From: Novakomyces olei
Taxonomy: Eukaryota
DNA: 64,000 bases
Assembly: GCA_016906335.1 (NCBI GenBank)
Contig: JADEYG010000007.1
Location: forward strand, 558,001-622,000
Direction: 5' to 3'
The position numbers were made by a program, and so were the translations under genes. Shown here piece by piece: positions 49,792-64,000 of this stretch (positions are counted from its first letter, which is position 1; every line of letters begins with the position of its first letter). Below the pieces are notes generated by a model that was not told where the DNA came from, searched no databases, and saw only the letters and a list, made by a program, of their open reading frames with translations.

Positions 49792-50561
49792 CTGTATCTA
49801 AAACAAGAAGATTCTGTTGGGCAATTATGTCCGTGGCAGAACGGAGTGACAAGTTGTACGCCGAATGTGTCCAATACGGTGACGTTTCTCTACACTTCTA
49901 TCTCGCACTAGTGCGCGCTTAGCATTGCTTGTCAGAGCTTACACTAGACTGCACTCAAGATTGCTTACACAAGAAATTACATTCAAAGAAGTATTGCGCG
50001 CAGAGCTGCTTGGTGGTTTGGCTGGTGTAAAGGGTATGAATGCGCTCATACTATATTACAATATACTGCGCTACCTATTATTGCTACAATTTCAGATAAG
50101 CTACACTTCCAGATGCTACACTTCCAGTTATGCTACACTTTCAGGAATTGCTACTATGATTCTGCGTCTAGCAATCTATCCACCAAAACTTTGTTGGAAC
50201 ATCAGCTCATAAACTTTCTCTGCCACATTTACTTTACATTCGATGTACAGAAAAATTATAGTCGCAAGAATTTTCGCGTTCTGTATAGCGAGCTCCTGTA
50301 AGAGCCTATTAGCCAACCTTCGTAATACAACTCGGGTATTTCATATCGGCTCAGTAGGCTATGATAAAAACAATATATATTCCCACATGGCTATATGTAA
50401 TATAATTTTTTCGTTCCCAAGCAATTCTAATGCCGTTGCTGACTGGAATAGGAAAAAACAAAATCCCCGTACCTTTGAACTAGACACTTTTAAACGCTAT
50501 GAGCGGCCGCTGACGATCAGTCTTTGAGCTGTACGGTATTGCGCTGGGCGATCCGCGGCGG

Positions 50562-50580
50562 CCGTGACGTTACGTCACGG
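50562..50580. promoter_or_regulatory. Perfect palindrome with two TGACGT (ATF/CREB-type) sites
   Basis: CCGTGACGT-T-ACGTCACGG lies in the divergent DSK2/TM9SF intergenic region. Confidence 0.5.
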
Positions 50581-50885
50581 GAAATTAAAAGGAACGGTAC
50601 CTATTGCTAAAAGACTTGAAAAAAAAAACATTTAAAACACCGTTTCGGGATCGGCGAGCCTTTTACTGGCTGGTCTCGTGAGCGTTCGTGTACTGTTTCA
50701 GGCACGGAAACAGCACAGGAATTGGCGGGAAACGAGTCGGCCTGGCTTTGTAGGCTGCTGACTAGATTGCTGGTTAGAGCAGCCGCTTGAGTGCCTGTCA
50801 GACTATCTGTGTGACTGACGAGAATACTGCCTTTTACATTGCTTTGGCTATCCAGCTCTGCTTAGAGAACCAGTGTACAGACGCA

Positions 50886-52805
50886 ATGGTGTGGTACAGC
50901 GGACAGTACCGGCTCTGCCGGTACGTTATTGCCCTTTGTCTAACGACATTCACCTGCCTGACGACATTTACGCTTGCGCTACAGCCGCCCACTTTCTTGG
51001 ATCCTGGACGGTTCCAGATGGGAGTGCAGGTGCCCGTGTATGCAACGGGACTCTCTTCCTACTCGCTGGGCCGCGTGTACGATCTGTTTGCGGTACCCTG
51101 GCTACCCGTGCCGGAGTCTGGACTCGCCAAGCACGATATATGGCTGAGCGAGTTTATGCACGGCAAGTACGCTTACGAGACCGGGTTCGATATCTTTATG
51201 GGCGAGGATGTGGAGTGCAAAGTGCTCGGGGCAGTTGACTATGAAAAGTCAGACTTGGACCGTCTACGGCAGCTGATTCTCGACGACTATGTGGCCGAAC
51301 TAATGATCGACGGATTCCCCAGTGCGTCCACCGTTATTTCTATAGAAACTGCCCGCACTTATTTCCTCCGGGGTTTCCCTATCGGCGAGGTGACTGCGGA
51401 CGGAGTTTACCTGTACGACCATTTCACATTTGTCATTAGACACAGACCCGTGAGCGGCAAGCGGCCAGAGGAGCATGAAATCCTGACTTTCCAATTGTAT
51501 CCGAAATCCGTCAATGCTCCCCCCTTGCACTGTCCGCAAAACGTGTCGCAAATGGACCCTGGTGTGCCGCTGCTGCGTATTGCCACCGACCCTTATAGAT
51601 CGGACAAACTGAGTTCTGCTAAACGTGTCACTTTTACCTACTCTGTCTACTTTATCGAGGACATGGGCATTAATTACGATCGCAGACTCGACAATTTCTT
51701 TTACAACGAGGATATCGTGTTGGATGCACCCAAAATTGTATCAACTTTTGTGCTCTGGATCGTGGCTGCCTTTGTTCTTTTTGGACTGCTCATCTACACC
51801 CTTTTTTCTAGCCCTCGGCGAACTGGCAATGCTTATTTCAATGGCGGCACCGAATTCTTTCAGCCCGCCGAGTATGGCGGCCTGCTTACCAGCCTGGTCG
51901 GGGCCGGAATCCAGTCTGCATTTGCCGTGCCCGGAGTAGTCGGGCTCGCTCTTATCCGTCTTGTTTCCATGTCGGACCGTATTGCTGCACTTTCTACCCT
52001 GTTCTTTGCCCTGGGCAGTGTTGTTGCCGGTTACGTTTCCTCCCGGCTTTACAGGACAATGAATGGACTAAATACACGGCACAATACAATCTTGACAATG
52101 GCAATTTTGCCAGTGCAAGTCTTTGGAGCAATTCTAGTGCTCAATGTCTTTGTCTGGCTCGAGTCTTATCGTTTCACTATTGGCTTCGTCTCCTACTTTA
52201 AAGTGCTGATATTTTGGCTGATTATGGCTACGCCCTGCTGCAGCCTTGGCGCTTATATTGGGTACAGATATGGTAAACCGTTCACTCAGCAGCTAGAACT
52301 TGATGGAGCCAACAAACAGCTGGCGGCCAGCACTCAACGCCGGCAGATTCCGCGGGACGTTTTATGGAAGAGCCTCGGGCTTTGTGCCACTGTGCCGTTT
52401 TTGGCGGGTGTGACCTGCCTGCACGCTGTAATGGACTCGCTCTGGCTCGAGATTGATAGCGGGTACAACAAGCTATTTGCTCTGGGCGCCGCTGTACTAG
52501 GAATAATGGCTCTGCAGGTAGTTGCCTGCTGCTCTCTGGCCACACTTTACCTCATTCGCCATGGACTCTCGAGGCAGTGGCATTGGTACCTGTTTATGCA
52601 TGGTGCATCGTGCGCTGTAATGTGTTTTTCATACAGTATTCTTTATTGCTATACCCATGTGAGGACAAGCGGCGTTTTTGCCGCTTGCTGGTTCCTTAAT
52701 TTTCTTGTTATCGTGTGGACTGCGCTGGCTATCTGCGCTGGATCGCTCGGGTATGTGGCCGCCTATGCGACTATTTGCGTTTCCACCAGCTTAAAATCAA
52801 AGTAA
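50886..52805 (+). CDS. Transmembrane 9 superfamily (EMP70/nonaspanin) protein, divergent
   Basis: Signal peptide, lumenal domain (DDYVAELMIDGFP, GFPIG, VTFTYSVYF), about 9 TM segments, AGYVSSRLYR, WHW motif. Start codon uncertain. Confidence 0.85.
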   Translation: MVWYSGQYRLCRYVIALCLTTFTCLTTFTLALQPPTFLDPGRFQMGVQVPVYATGLSSYSLGRVYDLFAVPWLPVPESGLAKHDIWLSEFMHGKYAYETGFDIFMGEDVECKVLGAVDYEKSDLDRLRQLILDDYVAELMIDGFPSASTVISIETARTYFLRGFPIGEVTADGVYLYDHFTFVIRHRPVSGKRPEEHEILTFQLYPKSVNAPPLHCPQNVSQMDPGVPLLRIATDPYRSDKLSSAKRVTFTYSVYFIEDMGINYDRRLDNFFYNEDIVLDAPKIVSTFVLWIVAAFVLFGLLIYTLFSSPRRTGNAYFNGGTEFFQPAEYGGLLTSLVGAGIQSAFAVPGVVGLALIRLVSMSDRIAALSTLFFALGSVVAGYVSSRLYRTMNGLNTRHNTILTMAILPVQVFGAILVLNVFVWLESYRFTIGFVSYFKVLIFWLIMATPCCSLGAYIGYRYGKPFTQQLELDGANKQLAASTQRRQIPRDVLWKSLGLCATVPFLAGVTCLHAVMDSLWLEIDSGYNKLFALGAAVLGIMALQVVACCSLATLYLIRHGLSRQWHWYLFMHGASCAVMCFSYSILYCYTHVRTSGVFAACWFLNFLVIVWTALAICAGSLGYVAAYATICVSTSLKSK

Positions 52806-53071
52806 GGCAGACGGGAGTGCCTGGGCAAGTGGGCCGATTGCTTTTGCTGCGATTTAGAGAGCCGTGGAGGGTATTAAAAGCCTTTATAATCTGTGTAATA
52901 GTTTTATAATAATTTAATAATCAATTGTATCGTAACCCAATTTGTCTCGCAGAATTTATTCCGTAACAACGCAATTACGGTTTTAAAAGGGAGTTGGAAA
53001 GTATTGCCTTTTCATCCCAAAATCGTTTATCTCCAGTATCATTCATTGTGGTAAAATAGACATCAGAAAAT

Positions 53072-55915
53072 CTAAATAATCCTATACCATCTACACAAAA
53101 CAACCGTGAGTATAGCAAAAAGCGTCAGTGCAAGAGTGACTAGTGGCGTTAGAAGCGTGATAAACATTTTGTTGAATTCCAAATTATTCGGGGAATACAT
53201 AAACGAGTCAAAGAAAAATAGGACGAGTAAATTTATTATTCAAAAAAAAAAAGGGCACTTACTCATAAAAAACCATGCAAGTCCATGCGTGTCCTGTCCG
53301 GGTACGGGTACATTCATGCCCCACAGTCCCGTTATTAGATTCATAGGGAAGATGATCGTTCCCAGAATCGTTAGACGGGAGACGACATCATCTATACGAT
53401 CAGTCAAATTCCAAATTATTGCTTACTTGTATCATTATTCACACGAGTCATCTCAATCGATATCATTGCCAGATAATTTGAATGCGAGCGTGATAAGATT
53501 TTCTCATAGTGATTGAGATTTTGAACCATTGTCACGATATGGTCTAGAGGTCAGAATAAATTTAAAAAAAAATGATTAAATAATATAACAAGACCCACCT
53601 TGAATATCGCCCAAATAGAGACCAATTTCGCTCTTTGGAGCAACGTCCCACTTCTCGTTGCATCGTTTTGCAAACCCACGTACAACATCGGCTTTAGTAC
53701 CCAACAGTCTGAGGAGACTCATAACCTGCTTCCGGCATTCTCCAATTTTCCGCAACATATTCTGCTGGTCCGCTCCCTTTGGTTTCTCTTCCAAAGAGTC
53801 TTCCATACCGAGCACCATTGCGTCAATAGCGTCTACTTCCGTCTCGATATTATTAATCACAGGCTGAAAGGCGTCTGTAATATCATCAATCAAAGCGTAC
53901 GAAATCCAATCAGCGCTAAACGAAATATAGTCCCGTAGTTGACGAATCCGGCGACGTACGTTTGCACAGTGAGGGGTAGGTCCAAAATGAAAAGTCAGGA
54001 CTCCTCCACGGAAAACGACTATATAAATGCTCTGAGGTTCAAACTCGGATTCATCGTCATTCTTCATTTGTGCAAAGCTACGGAAAGAAACGAGGTAATA
54101 ATGACGAAACAATTCGACCTTTTCACGAGCCTCCTCTGTGCTAATATCCTCTGTTGTAAGAGGATGAATGCCAAAACACCGACTAAGCACCTTCATTTCA
54201 CGATCCGTTGGGTTCTTTATATCCAACCACCATATATTCGTGCTGGAGAAAAGCTCCTCAAATGACTGATCTTCCTGAGTAAGCTCAAACAGTGTAGGAG
54301 AGTGAATAGTCCCCGGTAAATCTTCTCCAAAGAAAGTAAACCTATACGGCCTGTCGTACTCGCGTCCGGAATACATGCCTTGGCCTCTGTAGCGGCCGTT
54401 TATACGCATAGGCTCACTGAGCCTCTGGTGCCTCATTGATTTGCTCTGTACACTGCCCATATTTTGCTCCTGCTCTTCCGATTCCTTTTGCGCATAATCA
54501 TCCAGCACCGAAAACTCTGGCTCCGACCTCGATCCCGCCAGTCCAAACCCATCATCTTCAGAGACGTCGAAATCGTTAAGCGGAAAGCATACATCGTCTT
54601 CAGCCAATCGCTTGGGCTCATCTTCCCCGCCAGCATCTCTCTCGCCCTGCCCTTCTGCGTCGGTGCCCTCTCTGTCACTGTGCTCTGCTGAATTATGGCC
54701 TCTACTGCTGCCTCTTTCTCCATCCTCTTCTTCCTCCGGAATCGTATGGTTATCAGAGTCCTCCATATCAATAATCATATCGCCCCTTGTCTTTTCGCTC
54801 GAGCTGTTTTGCCGAGAGCTAGAGGGCCTTGTTCCCCGGGCTACATTGAACCAGTCGACCGCGTTGTGCTGCCCACCACCAAAACTCGTCCCGGCAGAAA
54901 CGCCAGCGGTAGAATCGCGCCGGGAGACGGCAGAGTTACGACGAGTTCGAGGCTGAATTATTGCCTGTGAGACGGAAGAGGGACGACGTCTCCTTCTCTG
55001 CTTTTGCCTTGAACTCTCGCCGTCATTTGCGTTGTTTTCATAGTAGTACGTATCGTTGGTATCATCAAACCTTGAAGAATTCTGGCTCCAAGTGGGAGAT
55101 CGGTCAGATATAAGGCTCTGTGACTCGTTCACTGTACCAGCATACAAGTTTCCTTCTCCTTCTCCGTCTCCCTCGTCTCCTTCTCCGTCTCCTTCTCTTT
55201 CTCCGTCTTCGTCTCCTTCATCATTATCGTCGTCATTACCCTCACCTCCGTCTCGGCGTCCCGCATTGCCGTCTCCAACATTCTCCGAGTCGCTTGAGGA
55301 CACGATTGCTTGGTTGGGCAGATCGTCCATCGTCGGAGCCTCTGCGTGAGACGAAGATCGAGGCCGCCGTTTAAGGCCTTTGATCAGGTTCCTTCGTGCT
55401 CGACTACTGCGCTTTGACATGAACCCTGAAGCAACAGACTTGGAGGAAGGACCTCCTCCTCCTCCTCCTCCTATAGCAACAGCTCCGCTAGTAACCGACT
55501 GGCGTGGCATCATAAACGCAGTTCCAGTAGACGTATGGGCCCCTTGAGCTGCTCGTACAGGCGCACTGGACTTTTCTTCGTTTGAGTCACTGCGCGATCC
55601 GCCGGCAGGAAAATTCAGCTGTACATTTCGGCCGCTGCTTCCAGCTGTACTGCTCCGACGCCGACGGTTGCCACCGCTGCCACCGGTACGGCTCACGCTA
55701 GTACTGTAGTTATTGTTATTATTATTGCTATTATTATTGCTATTATTATTGCTATTGCTATTGCCGTGCTTGTAGCCACGGTGCCGGTGACGACGAGGGG
55801 TTTCTGTGTCCTCCTCGTCACTATCGAGCGCAGACTCTTGACTGCTGTTTCGCGTGTTTTCCATAAGCTGATCACTCAGCTTATGCCGACTCAAAGACCC
55901 CGAGTATGAAGACAT
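53072..55915 (-). CDS. CorA-family Mg2+ transporter (Alr1/Mnr2-like)
   Basis: WWLDI, FGIHPLTTEDI, REKVELF, WISYALIDDITD, with GMN signature (LWGMNVPVPG) in the downstream spliced exons. Long acidic low-complexity N-terminus; start uncertain. Confidence 0.9.
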
Positions 55916-56030
55916 TTCCGGGCTGAACACATGCGCGAATTGGCAGCGCGGTCAGCTCCCGGTCGTGTGCACTATCAAACTCACGCGGCCGATACTGCTT
56001 GGTTGCCGTCCGTATATGGACGTGTATGTA

Positions 56031-56190
56031 TTTTACTCGTATTTTACTCGTACTTACTCTTAGTTTACTCGTACTTTATTCGTACTTTATTCGTACTTTT
56101 TCTTACTTTATCCAAACTTTTCCTTACTTTGCTCGCACTTTTTTCGTACTTTACTCGGCTCGTACTTTATTCGGCTCGTACTTTATATAC
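56031..56190. repeat. Degenerate ~11-bp tandem repeat (TACTTTA(T/C)TCG)
   Basis: About 14 degenerate copies just upstream of the Mg-transporter coding region. Confidence 0.8.
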
Positions 56191-56446
56191 TGCTTTTTCA
56201 TTGTATTACGTATTGAATTTGTATATTTATTGTAGGTTATTTTATGTATTTCAGAAGGCAAACGAACATACACAGTCGGCATATGATAAATAGATTAACA
56301 GGCTCAATTCATGGTACACATAATCATCACATGAAGATCATAGATTAATACAAGTTTATGCTGTATCGTTCGTAACGACACTGCGTCTAATCTACTCTTC
56401 CAACTCGTCTAAATGGAAGCCGTGGGCCTTGTCCCGAAGAATGGGG

Positions 56447-57873
<1,427 letters not shown>

Positions 57874-58210
57874 TACGCCCATAAACAAAGATCCTCATTC
57901 GTTGGCCAATGCCAGAATGCGATCGCTGACTTAATGTAATTTGCAGATGCTTTGCCTCTGTTTTGCCTTACAAACTTTGCTTGTCTTCTCCACAACAGCG
58001 AGACCAAACTAGGCACTGGACTTAAATAGCTCACAACATACTTGTACTAGGTCACATGTATTTATTAATTAAATTGGACCTAAATTAGCTACTAATTGTA
58101 GATTCCAGCATAAATATATTTATATTTATTGTGCAACACTATGGCTCAGTGATCTGCTGGTCTGATCGCAAAACTCGCATCACCGGGAAATGGTACAGCG
58201 AATCTGAATA

Positions 58211-61200
58211 ATGTCAGAAGCGACCTATGCGGAAGGTGTTCGAGCGGTAATTCATACATTTAAAATTTTTGTGTCTCCACGTCGTGGCCCACAGGGTGTT
58301 TTTGCTTATTCGAAAATTAGACGCGTGAGCGCTGGCAGCAGCTACGAAATCAGAATGAGGCAGCGTGGCGTGGCGAAACTGTATCACCTTCTGCATCCTT
58401 AGATTTGTCGCTAAAGAAAAATACAACTTTGATCAAAAGGTTTCGCACAAATCTCACGGACGACAATCTGTCTGCTATCAAACGCGAGTTTGAAACTGTT
58501 TCTCTCGCGAAATACCTTTCAGAGGCGATTTCTGCCGTTTTGGAAGGCGCTGCAAAGTGCCGTAATCAAGCAGACGTCTCTGCTAGTGTTGAGGTAACGT
58601 CGTTTTTCGGTTTTCGCTATTTCCGTATTTAACGGCAGGTTATATCGCTGCTTTTACAACGCTTCGGAGCCGAATGCATGCAGTCTATTGCATACGCACT
58701 GGCAAGAGACTTGTCTTGCCCACCCAGAGCATTTCTCAAGTCTCTTACACCCGCGGATCGCGATAGGGAGGAGGCTGGACGTTTGACAAAACAGAGGGTT
58801 CTGCTGCGTACTGCCACCGAACTCTGGCTTTGTGGAGCTTTGCGTACGATTGAAGACGCCATTCAAGGTGCACCGCCTGCAGAGAAAGCAAAACTTCAGC
58901 GCAAGGGTAAAGACGGTAAAGATCCCGACACAGATCCGTTCCCATTGTACTGTTTAAAGGGGATATTGCTTGAAGATGATGATTGCACAAACATATCCAT
59001 TGTTTCAATATTATTGAAGAATTATGGTGGGTTTATTTTGCCAACAAAGGAGGAGGTTTCAGAGAAATCGAATGCCGTAGACGAAACAGATGCATTAGGC
59101 ATCTCCACGTCTACCAAGTTTCGGTTCTATTTTCTCTTAAAATCCTACCTGGAAAAGTGTGTTTTGCATCTACAAAAGCAAACTGATCGACTCCAATCGT
59201 TGGAGCAGAGATTACAGGAAGGCGCGGTTAATCGCGGGGAGATAAACGAAGAAAAAAGGGCGGATATTGACAAGTTTTCAAAGCAAATAGAAAAATGGGT
59301 CAGTCTTTGCCAGGCGATTGCAAATTACCTTCACTCTGATCTCAATGTTGATTTTGCTGCCTCAATGACTTCTAGTCAGCAGCAGCAACAAAACAACATG
59401 GTGCTCGGTGTAGGTGGTAATTTGGCACAGGCTTTGCGATCTGATGCTGGAATATGGGAGGATGAATCAGAAAAACGGTTTTACGAGGATTTAGTCGATG
59501 TCACTGGCATCATAAAATCGGAGGCTGAACGAGATATAGACGCCGGTAAACAGCAGAACCAAAATTTGGAGGAAATTAAAGATTTGGACGAGAATATGGA
59601 TATCGATTTGATGGCGACGCCGGATGAAGAAGTTGAGGCTTCATTGGACAGCGATGAAGCAAAGACGTCCTCGTCCGATCCAAATGACACCGAAGAATCC
59701 AGAGAGCCGACATTTGCAGGCTCTCAAATGGATGTCATTCTGTTAAATCTTCCGGGATCCAATAATCGCGAACTCATTGACAAACTGGCTATCGAGTATT
59801 GCTCGATTCATTCCAAAATGACAAAAGGTCGCCTGATAAATTTCATTTTAAAAATGCCGAGAGAACGGTTAGATCTTGTTGCCTATTACATGCGCTTCAT
59901 CGCAACGCTGAACAAGGCGGTGCCCGACTTTGGTGCGAAAATCGCGTCTCAGCTTCTCCGTTCGTTCAAGCAATTATATCGACGCAAGAACGCTAAAGAA
60001 TATTTGCAAATGTCTTGGGTCATGACGATGGTTTCGGAGATGACAAAGTTTAGGATCTGTCCCGATCATGTCGTTCTTTATTTCATAAAGACGTTTGTAG
60101 ACGATTTTTCACACTATTCAATAAACATGCTGGCTCGTCTGCTGGAGCAGATAGGACGGTTTTTGTTTCGGTTCCCGGAAACGACGCAGAGAATGTCAAG
60201 CTTTTTGGATATTGTACAGCGTAAATTAAAGAGTTCTTACCTTGCAGGACAGGATCAAGTTGTTCTTGAATCAGCTTACTATTACGTTGTTCCGCCTCCA
60301 GCAGCAAATATAACCCAGAAAGAAAGATCCAATGTCGAGTTGTTTATCCGCAAACTTTTGTATGCGGATTTGAAAAAGAGCAACCTTAGCCGAATACTTC
60401 GGTATTTCAGAATGCAAGACTGGGGAAGCAAAGACACTTTTTTCATGAACCTGAAATATTTCACAAAGATGGACGAGATAAAGTATGGAAATATTCATTT
60501 GGTGGCGGCTTTGGCAGGAGGACTATCCCAGTCTCATCCGGATTTTATTGTAGCCTTGATTGACACGGTCATGGAGCTGAATCGAGACTATTTAGAGCGA
60601 AACGATTACAGGGACAACCAAAAGCGAGTTTCTATAGCTAAATACATTGGCGAACTCTACAATTGTAAATTAATCGATACTAATCTTTTGTTTGGCACAT
60701 TACATTTTATAATGAGTTTTGGCCATAGTGGTATGTTTTCACGTTATTGTCAATTACTTTACTTTGTTACTAACACCACAAAAAGATCCTCTATTTTTAA
60801 CACCAGAAAAAGTTCCCTCGTCGATCGATTTGCCCTCAGACTACTTTCGGATTCGGCTGCTGACTATTCTACTCAACACCTGCGGGACCTGCTTTAACAA
60901 AGGAACTTTAGCAGCAAGGCTCGATCACTTTCTCTATGCTTTCCAATGCTATGTGTACTCAAAATCAAAGCTGCCGATAGAAAATGAATTCGATTTTCAA
61001 GATATCCTTGGCCAGCTTCGACCCAAGATGCCGTTGGCGACGGACTACGAGTCGGCGAAGAAGAATTTCGAAGAATGGCTCAAGTCGAGTGAATCCAAGA
61101 AAGTGCCTCAGGCCGTAGAGGAGGATTTCGGAGCCGATGATACAAGTGACGTTGAAGACGCTGGGGACTATGGCGTAGAGGCAAACGTGTCTGCGCAAAA

Positions 61201-61804
61201 TGGCCTTGAAAACGGCTCAGTATCGTCCGATACTACGGACAGCAACAGCGAGTCCAGTTTGTCTTCTGAGTCGGAAACTGAAGAGGCGTCTTCGCTCAAT
61301 GCTGACGCCGAACAGGAGGAAACCGCCGAGTTTGAGCGTCGTGAACTTGAAAGAAGGAGAAAAGAACACGAAGATGCAGAGTTTGAACAAGAGTTTGCCA
61401 AAATGATGAAAGACTCTCTCGAATCTCGCAGCCATGAAAAGCATGCAATGTTTGATCTCGCGCTGCCAATGCGTAAGAGTGGGCCACAATATACGCTGTC
61501 AACACAGACGAAGGGTTCACACACTGAGCCGGCGGGCGTGAATAAGAATGTGAACTTTACTTTTCTTTCAAGAAAGGGCAACAAATCACAGGCCAAGTCG
61601 TTGGCAGTCCCATCGGACTCCACGCTAGCGCTTATGAGCAAGCAGACTCTAGAACAGGAGAAGGAAGAAAGGCAGCGTGTAAAGGATCTTGTTTTAAACT
61701 ATGAAAAGCAGGAAGAGTCTCAGGGATGGCGAGAGCCTTATCGTCATCCGTCTTCTAGTTCCTACTCGAAGCCGGAACCGCGAAACTGGATGAAAATGAA
61801 GTAG
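58211..61804 (+). CDS. UPF2: Nonsense-mediated decay factor Upf2
   Basis: LDLSLKKNTTLIKR, KYLSE, IWEDESEKRFYEDL, MIF4G segments (YIGELYN), DYFRIRL, acidic tail, FTFLSRKGNK. Introns at ~58247-58320, ~58594-58638 and ~60731-60785. Confidence 0.93.
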
Positions 61805-61948
61805 ATTTGGGACAATATCATCATAAAATCGTCTCTAATGTGCAATCTATTCTTTTGAACAGGCTAAAACATTGAGTAAGGCTAAAACAATGGGGTAAAT
61901 CAATAGCACTGAGGCAGGCATTAATAAAGAGAAGCATCAAGCACGTGC

Positions 61949-63890
61949 CTAGTTGTCCTTTCCTTGGCTCGTGATCAGTGACTTTATGACATGTATAATA
62001 TCGTCATTAGAAATCATCAGCTGTGGATTGTCTATCTTTGCACCAAGTTTTGCCTGCAATTCTGAGCGCTGTTTTAAGTCAGTAAATATATAAATAAATA
62101 CTTTAATAATCAATTAATTGATCACCTACCAAAATGTTGGCCACGAGTCCAATTTTTGGCCATGATTTGAGTCGATAATAGTCATCAATAATCAAGCCGC
62201 GCCCCCACGGATCGATGGTCACACTTCCGGAAAGCAAAACCAGGCCGTACGCATTCACCGGGCTGACGTTGTGAATGTAGGGTTTTGTAGTGACGACTTT
62301 CTTGTAGAAAGAAATAAAAGGCATCAAATCCCTATTGGAAATTGGGGCACTGAACAAGCTCGAGCTCGGGTGAATGAAAAGGCGGCCCGAATCCTTGGAA
62401 AAGAATTTAATTACCTGCGATTCGTCCTCCTTTTCAATTGCACCACCAATAGACTGAACGTACCGTTTGCTCGGGTACTCTGCCCTCGCCAGTCGCGGAT
62501 GGAAAGCAGAGGCAATTATCGCCTGAATCACAGCAACACTGTCGCCCGAGACAGCAGTTATTTGGTCAGAAGCATTATTTTTATCACCATTTTTATCACC
62601 ATTTTTAATACCATTTTTATTGCCATTTTTATTACCATTTTTATTACCACCAGCTTCTGTAAATCCAAGATTGGCCATCTCTGCCATCATTTCTCGCGCA
62701 CATCGCCATACATCATTGAGCACGACAGCAGACAAGCCATTCTCCTCACACCATAACCGCAACTGTGCCGTAGACAATTTCGCCATTTGGCGCCGCCACG
62801 CGACAATAGCGTTACACTGCACCACCAAATCGCCCATTATTCCTTCGCCAAAGAAAGAGGCACGGGCCCCGTCTGCGTCTGATCGTTTAAAAGGAGACTT
62901 TACGCTTATAATAGCGGCCACGATGGCACAATGCACTCCAAAACCCATTACTTGGCCCAACACCAGCAGCTTTGCACAGCGTATATCCGCGGGAATAAAG
63001 GACAAGTGCTGGCCCAGTGGTGTCAGATGGCCCAGCCGGTCAATTGCTCCAACATCGTACAAGTCTTGAAGGGCTCTGGCAACGCTGCCGGGCAGCGGAG
63101 GGGTCAGAGCCTTTTGCAGGAACTCTGCCGGCTCTCTGCCCAGGCACAAACAGCTCAGGCACACTTGCTCCAGCGAAACCCGTAGTATCTCTGGGTCAGT
63201 ATGCTCAGCGAGCCGATAATGCTCATGGGCTCTAGTGTACATTTTTACACAAAGTCCGGGTTTTACACGTCCAGCTCTGCCGCGTCTCTGCTTCCCAGCT
63301 GCCCGGGAAGCCCAGACTTCACTGAACCTCGTGAAATTGTCCTCCGGACTGTACTGCATTTCTTTCACTCTGCCCGTGTCGATTACCGCAGCAACATCAT
63401 CGATAGTGATGGAAGTCTCTGCCACATTTGTGCTGACAATTATCTTTCTGCTCTCCCCAAACCGCCGGAAAACGGCTCTCTGCTCTCCGGGAGGTAAGGA
63501 CGCATGCAATGGCAGAATCGTCGATTTTTTGTCAGCCATCTGGGCCTGGATGGATTTAATTGCTCGATTTATTTCCGCTACTCCAGGAAGAAAGACTAGA
63601 ATAGAGTCCTGGCTCTGTAGAACTGTATCCAGCCAACTGCAAACACGTGCAAGCAGGCTGTAATTGATCTGAAACGTGCCTGACGGGGTTCTGGGCTGAG
63701 GTGGTGTGGATACTTGCTCTGTGCCGTCGTCGCCAATCAAGGCCGGAAGGTCTTCGAGGTAGTAGTCCGTGATTGGGAACGTGCGGCCTTCAATGTGGAT
63801 ATGTGGAGCATTGTCAAAGTAGGCGCACAGCCGCTCAATGTCCGCCGTCGCACTCATAAGCACAAGCTTTATTTTGCTGCCCGGATTTGC
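61949..63890 (-). CDS. DExH-box RNA helicase (DHX57/DHX36-like), 3' part; 5' end lies beyond the window
   Basis: LMSAT, GRTFP, ILVFLPG, STNVAETSITIDD, QRRGRAGR, HA2 and OB-fold (FIHPSS). Spliced terminal exon at ~61949-62068. Confidence 0.92.
62578..62648 (-). repeat. 12-bp coding repeat (NKNG/DKNG) x~6 in the helicase
   Basis: TTTTTAT(C/T)ACCA-like units. Confidence 0.85.
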
Positions 63891-64000
63891 TGCCCATGTT
63901 AGTATTAAAGATTAAACAATAGTCAAACAAATAACGAAAAATAATAAAATTAAATGAATGAATGAATAAATAAATAAATAAAAAACAATGATGGAAAAGT

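Overview
Gene-dense, intron-containing fungal chromosomal DNA. It is probably an ascomycete in the style of Taphrinomycotina (fission-yeast relatives); this is inferred only from short introns and S. pombe-like proteins. About 24 protein genes can be supported: NAR1, DAL2, DIB1, RPL36, metaxin/SAM37, a DUF1752+DUF3295 (Mks1-like) protein, CCT5, an HP1/Swi6 protein, MOT1, an MFS transporter with a divergent Zn2Cys6 regulator, an Ark1/Prk1 kinase, an amino-acid permease, a second Zn2Cys6 factor, a Nudix hydrolase, a PhyH-like dioxygenase, RMT2, SEC5, DSK2, a TM9SF protein, an ALR1/MNR2-type Mg transporter, CAB1, UPF2 and a truncated DExH helicase. The most notable signals lie outside the ORF track. 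(1) A ~690-nt, heavily base-paired minus-strand element (~11287-11975) has a UAACCCUAACCCUA template-like motif and an Sm site followed by a 5' splice site, making it a telomerase RNA candidate. (2) A non-coding spliced host locus (~36.2-36.9 kb) carries two box C/D snoRNAs (snR87/U16-like and U24-like). (3) An in-frame 15-bp minisatellite in MOT1 encodes a pentapeptide-repeat-like insert. All calls were made by eye; no searches or folding programs were run, and exon boundaries are hand-derived.
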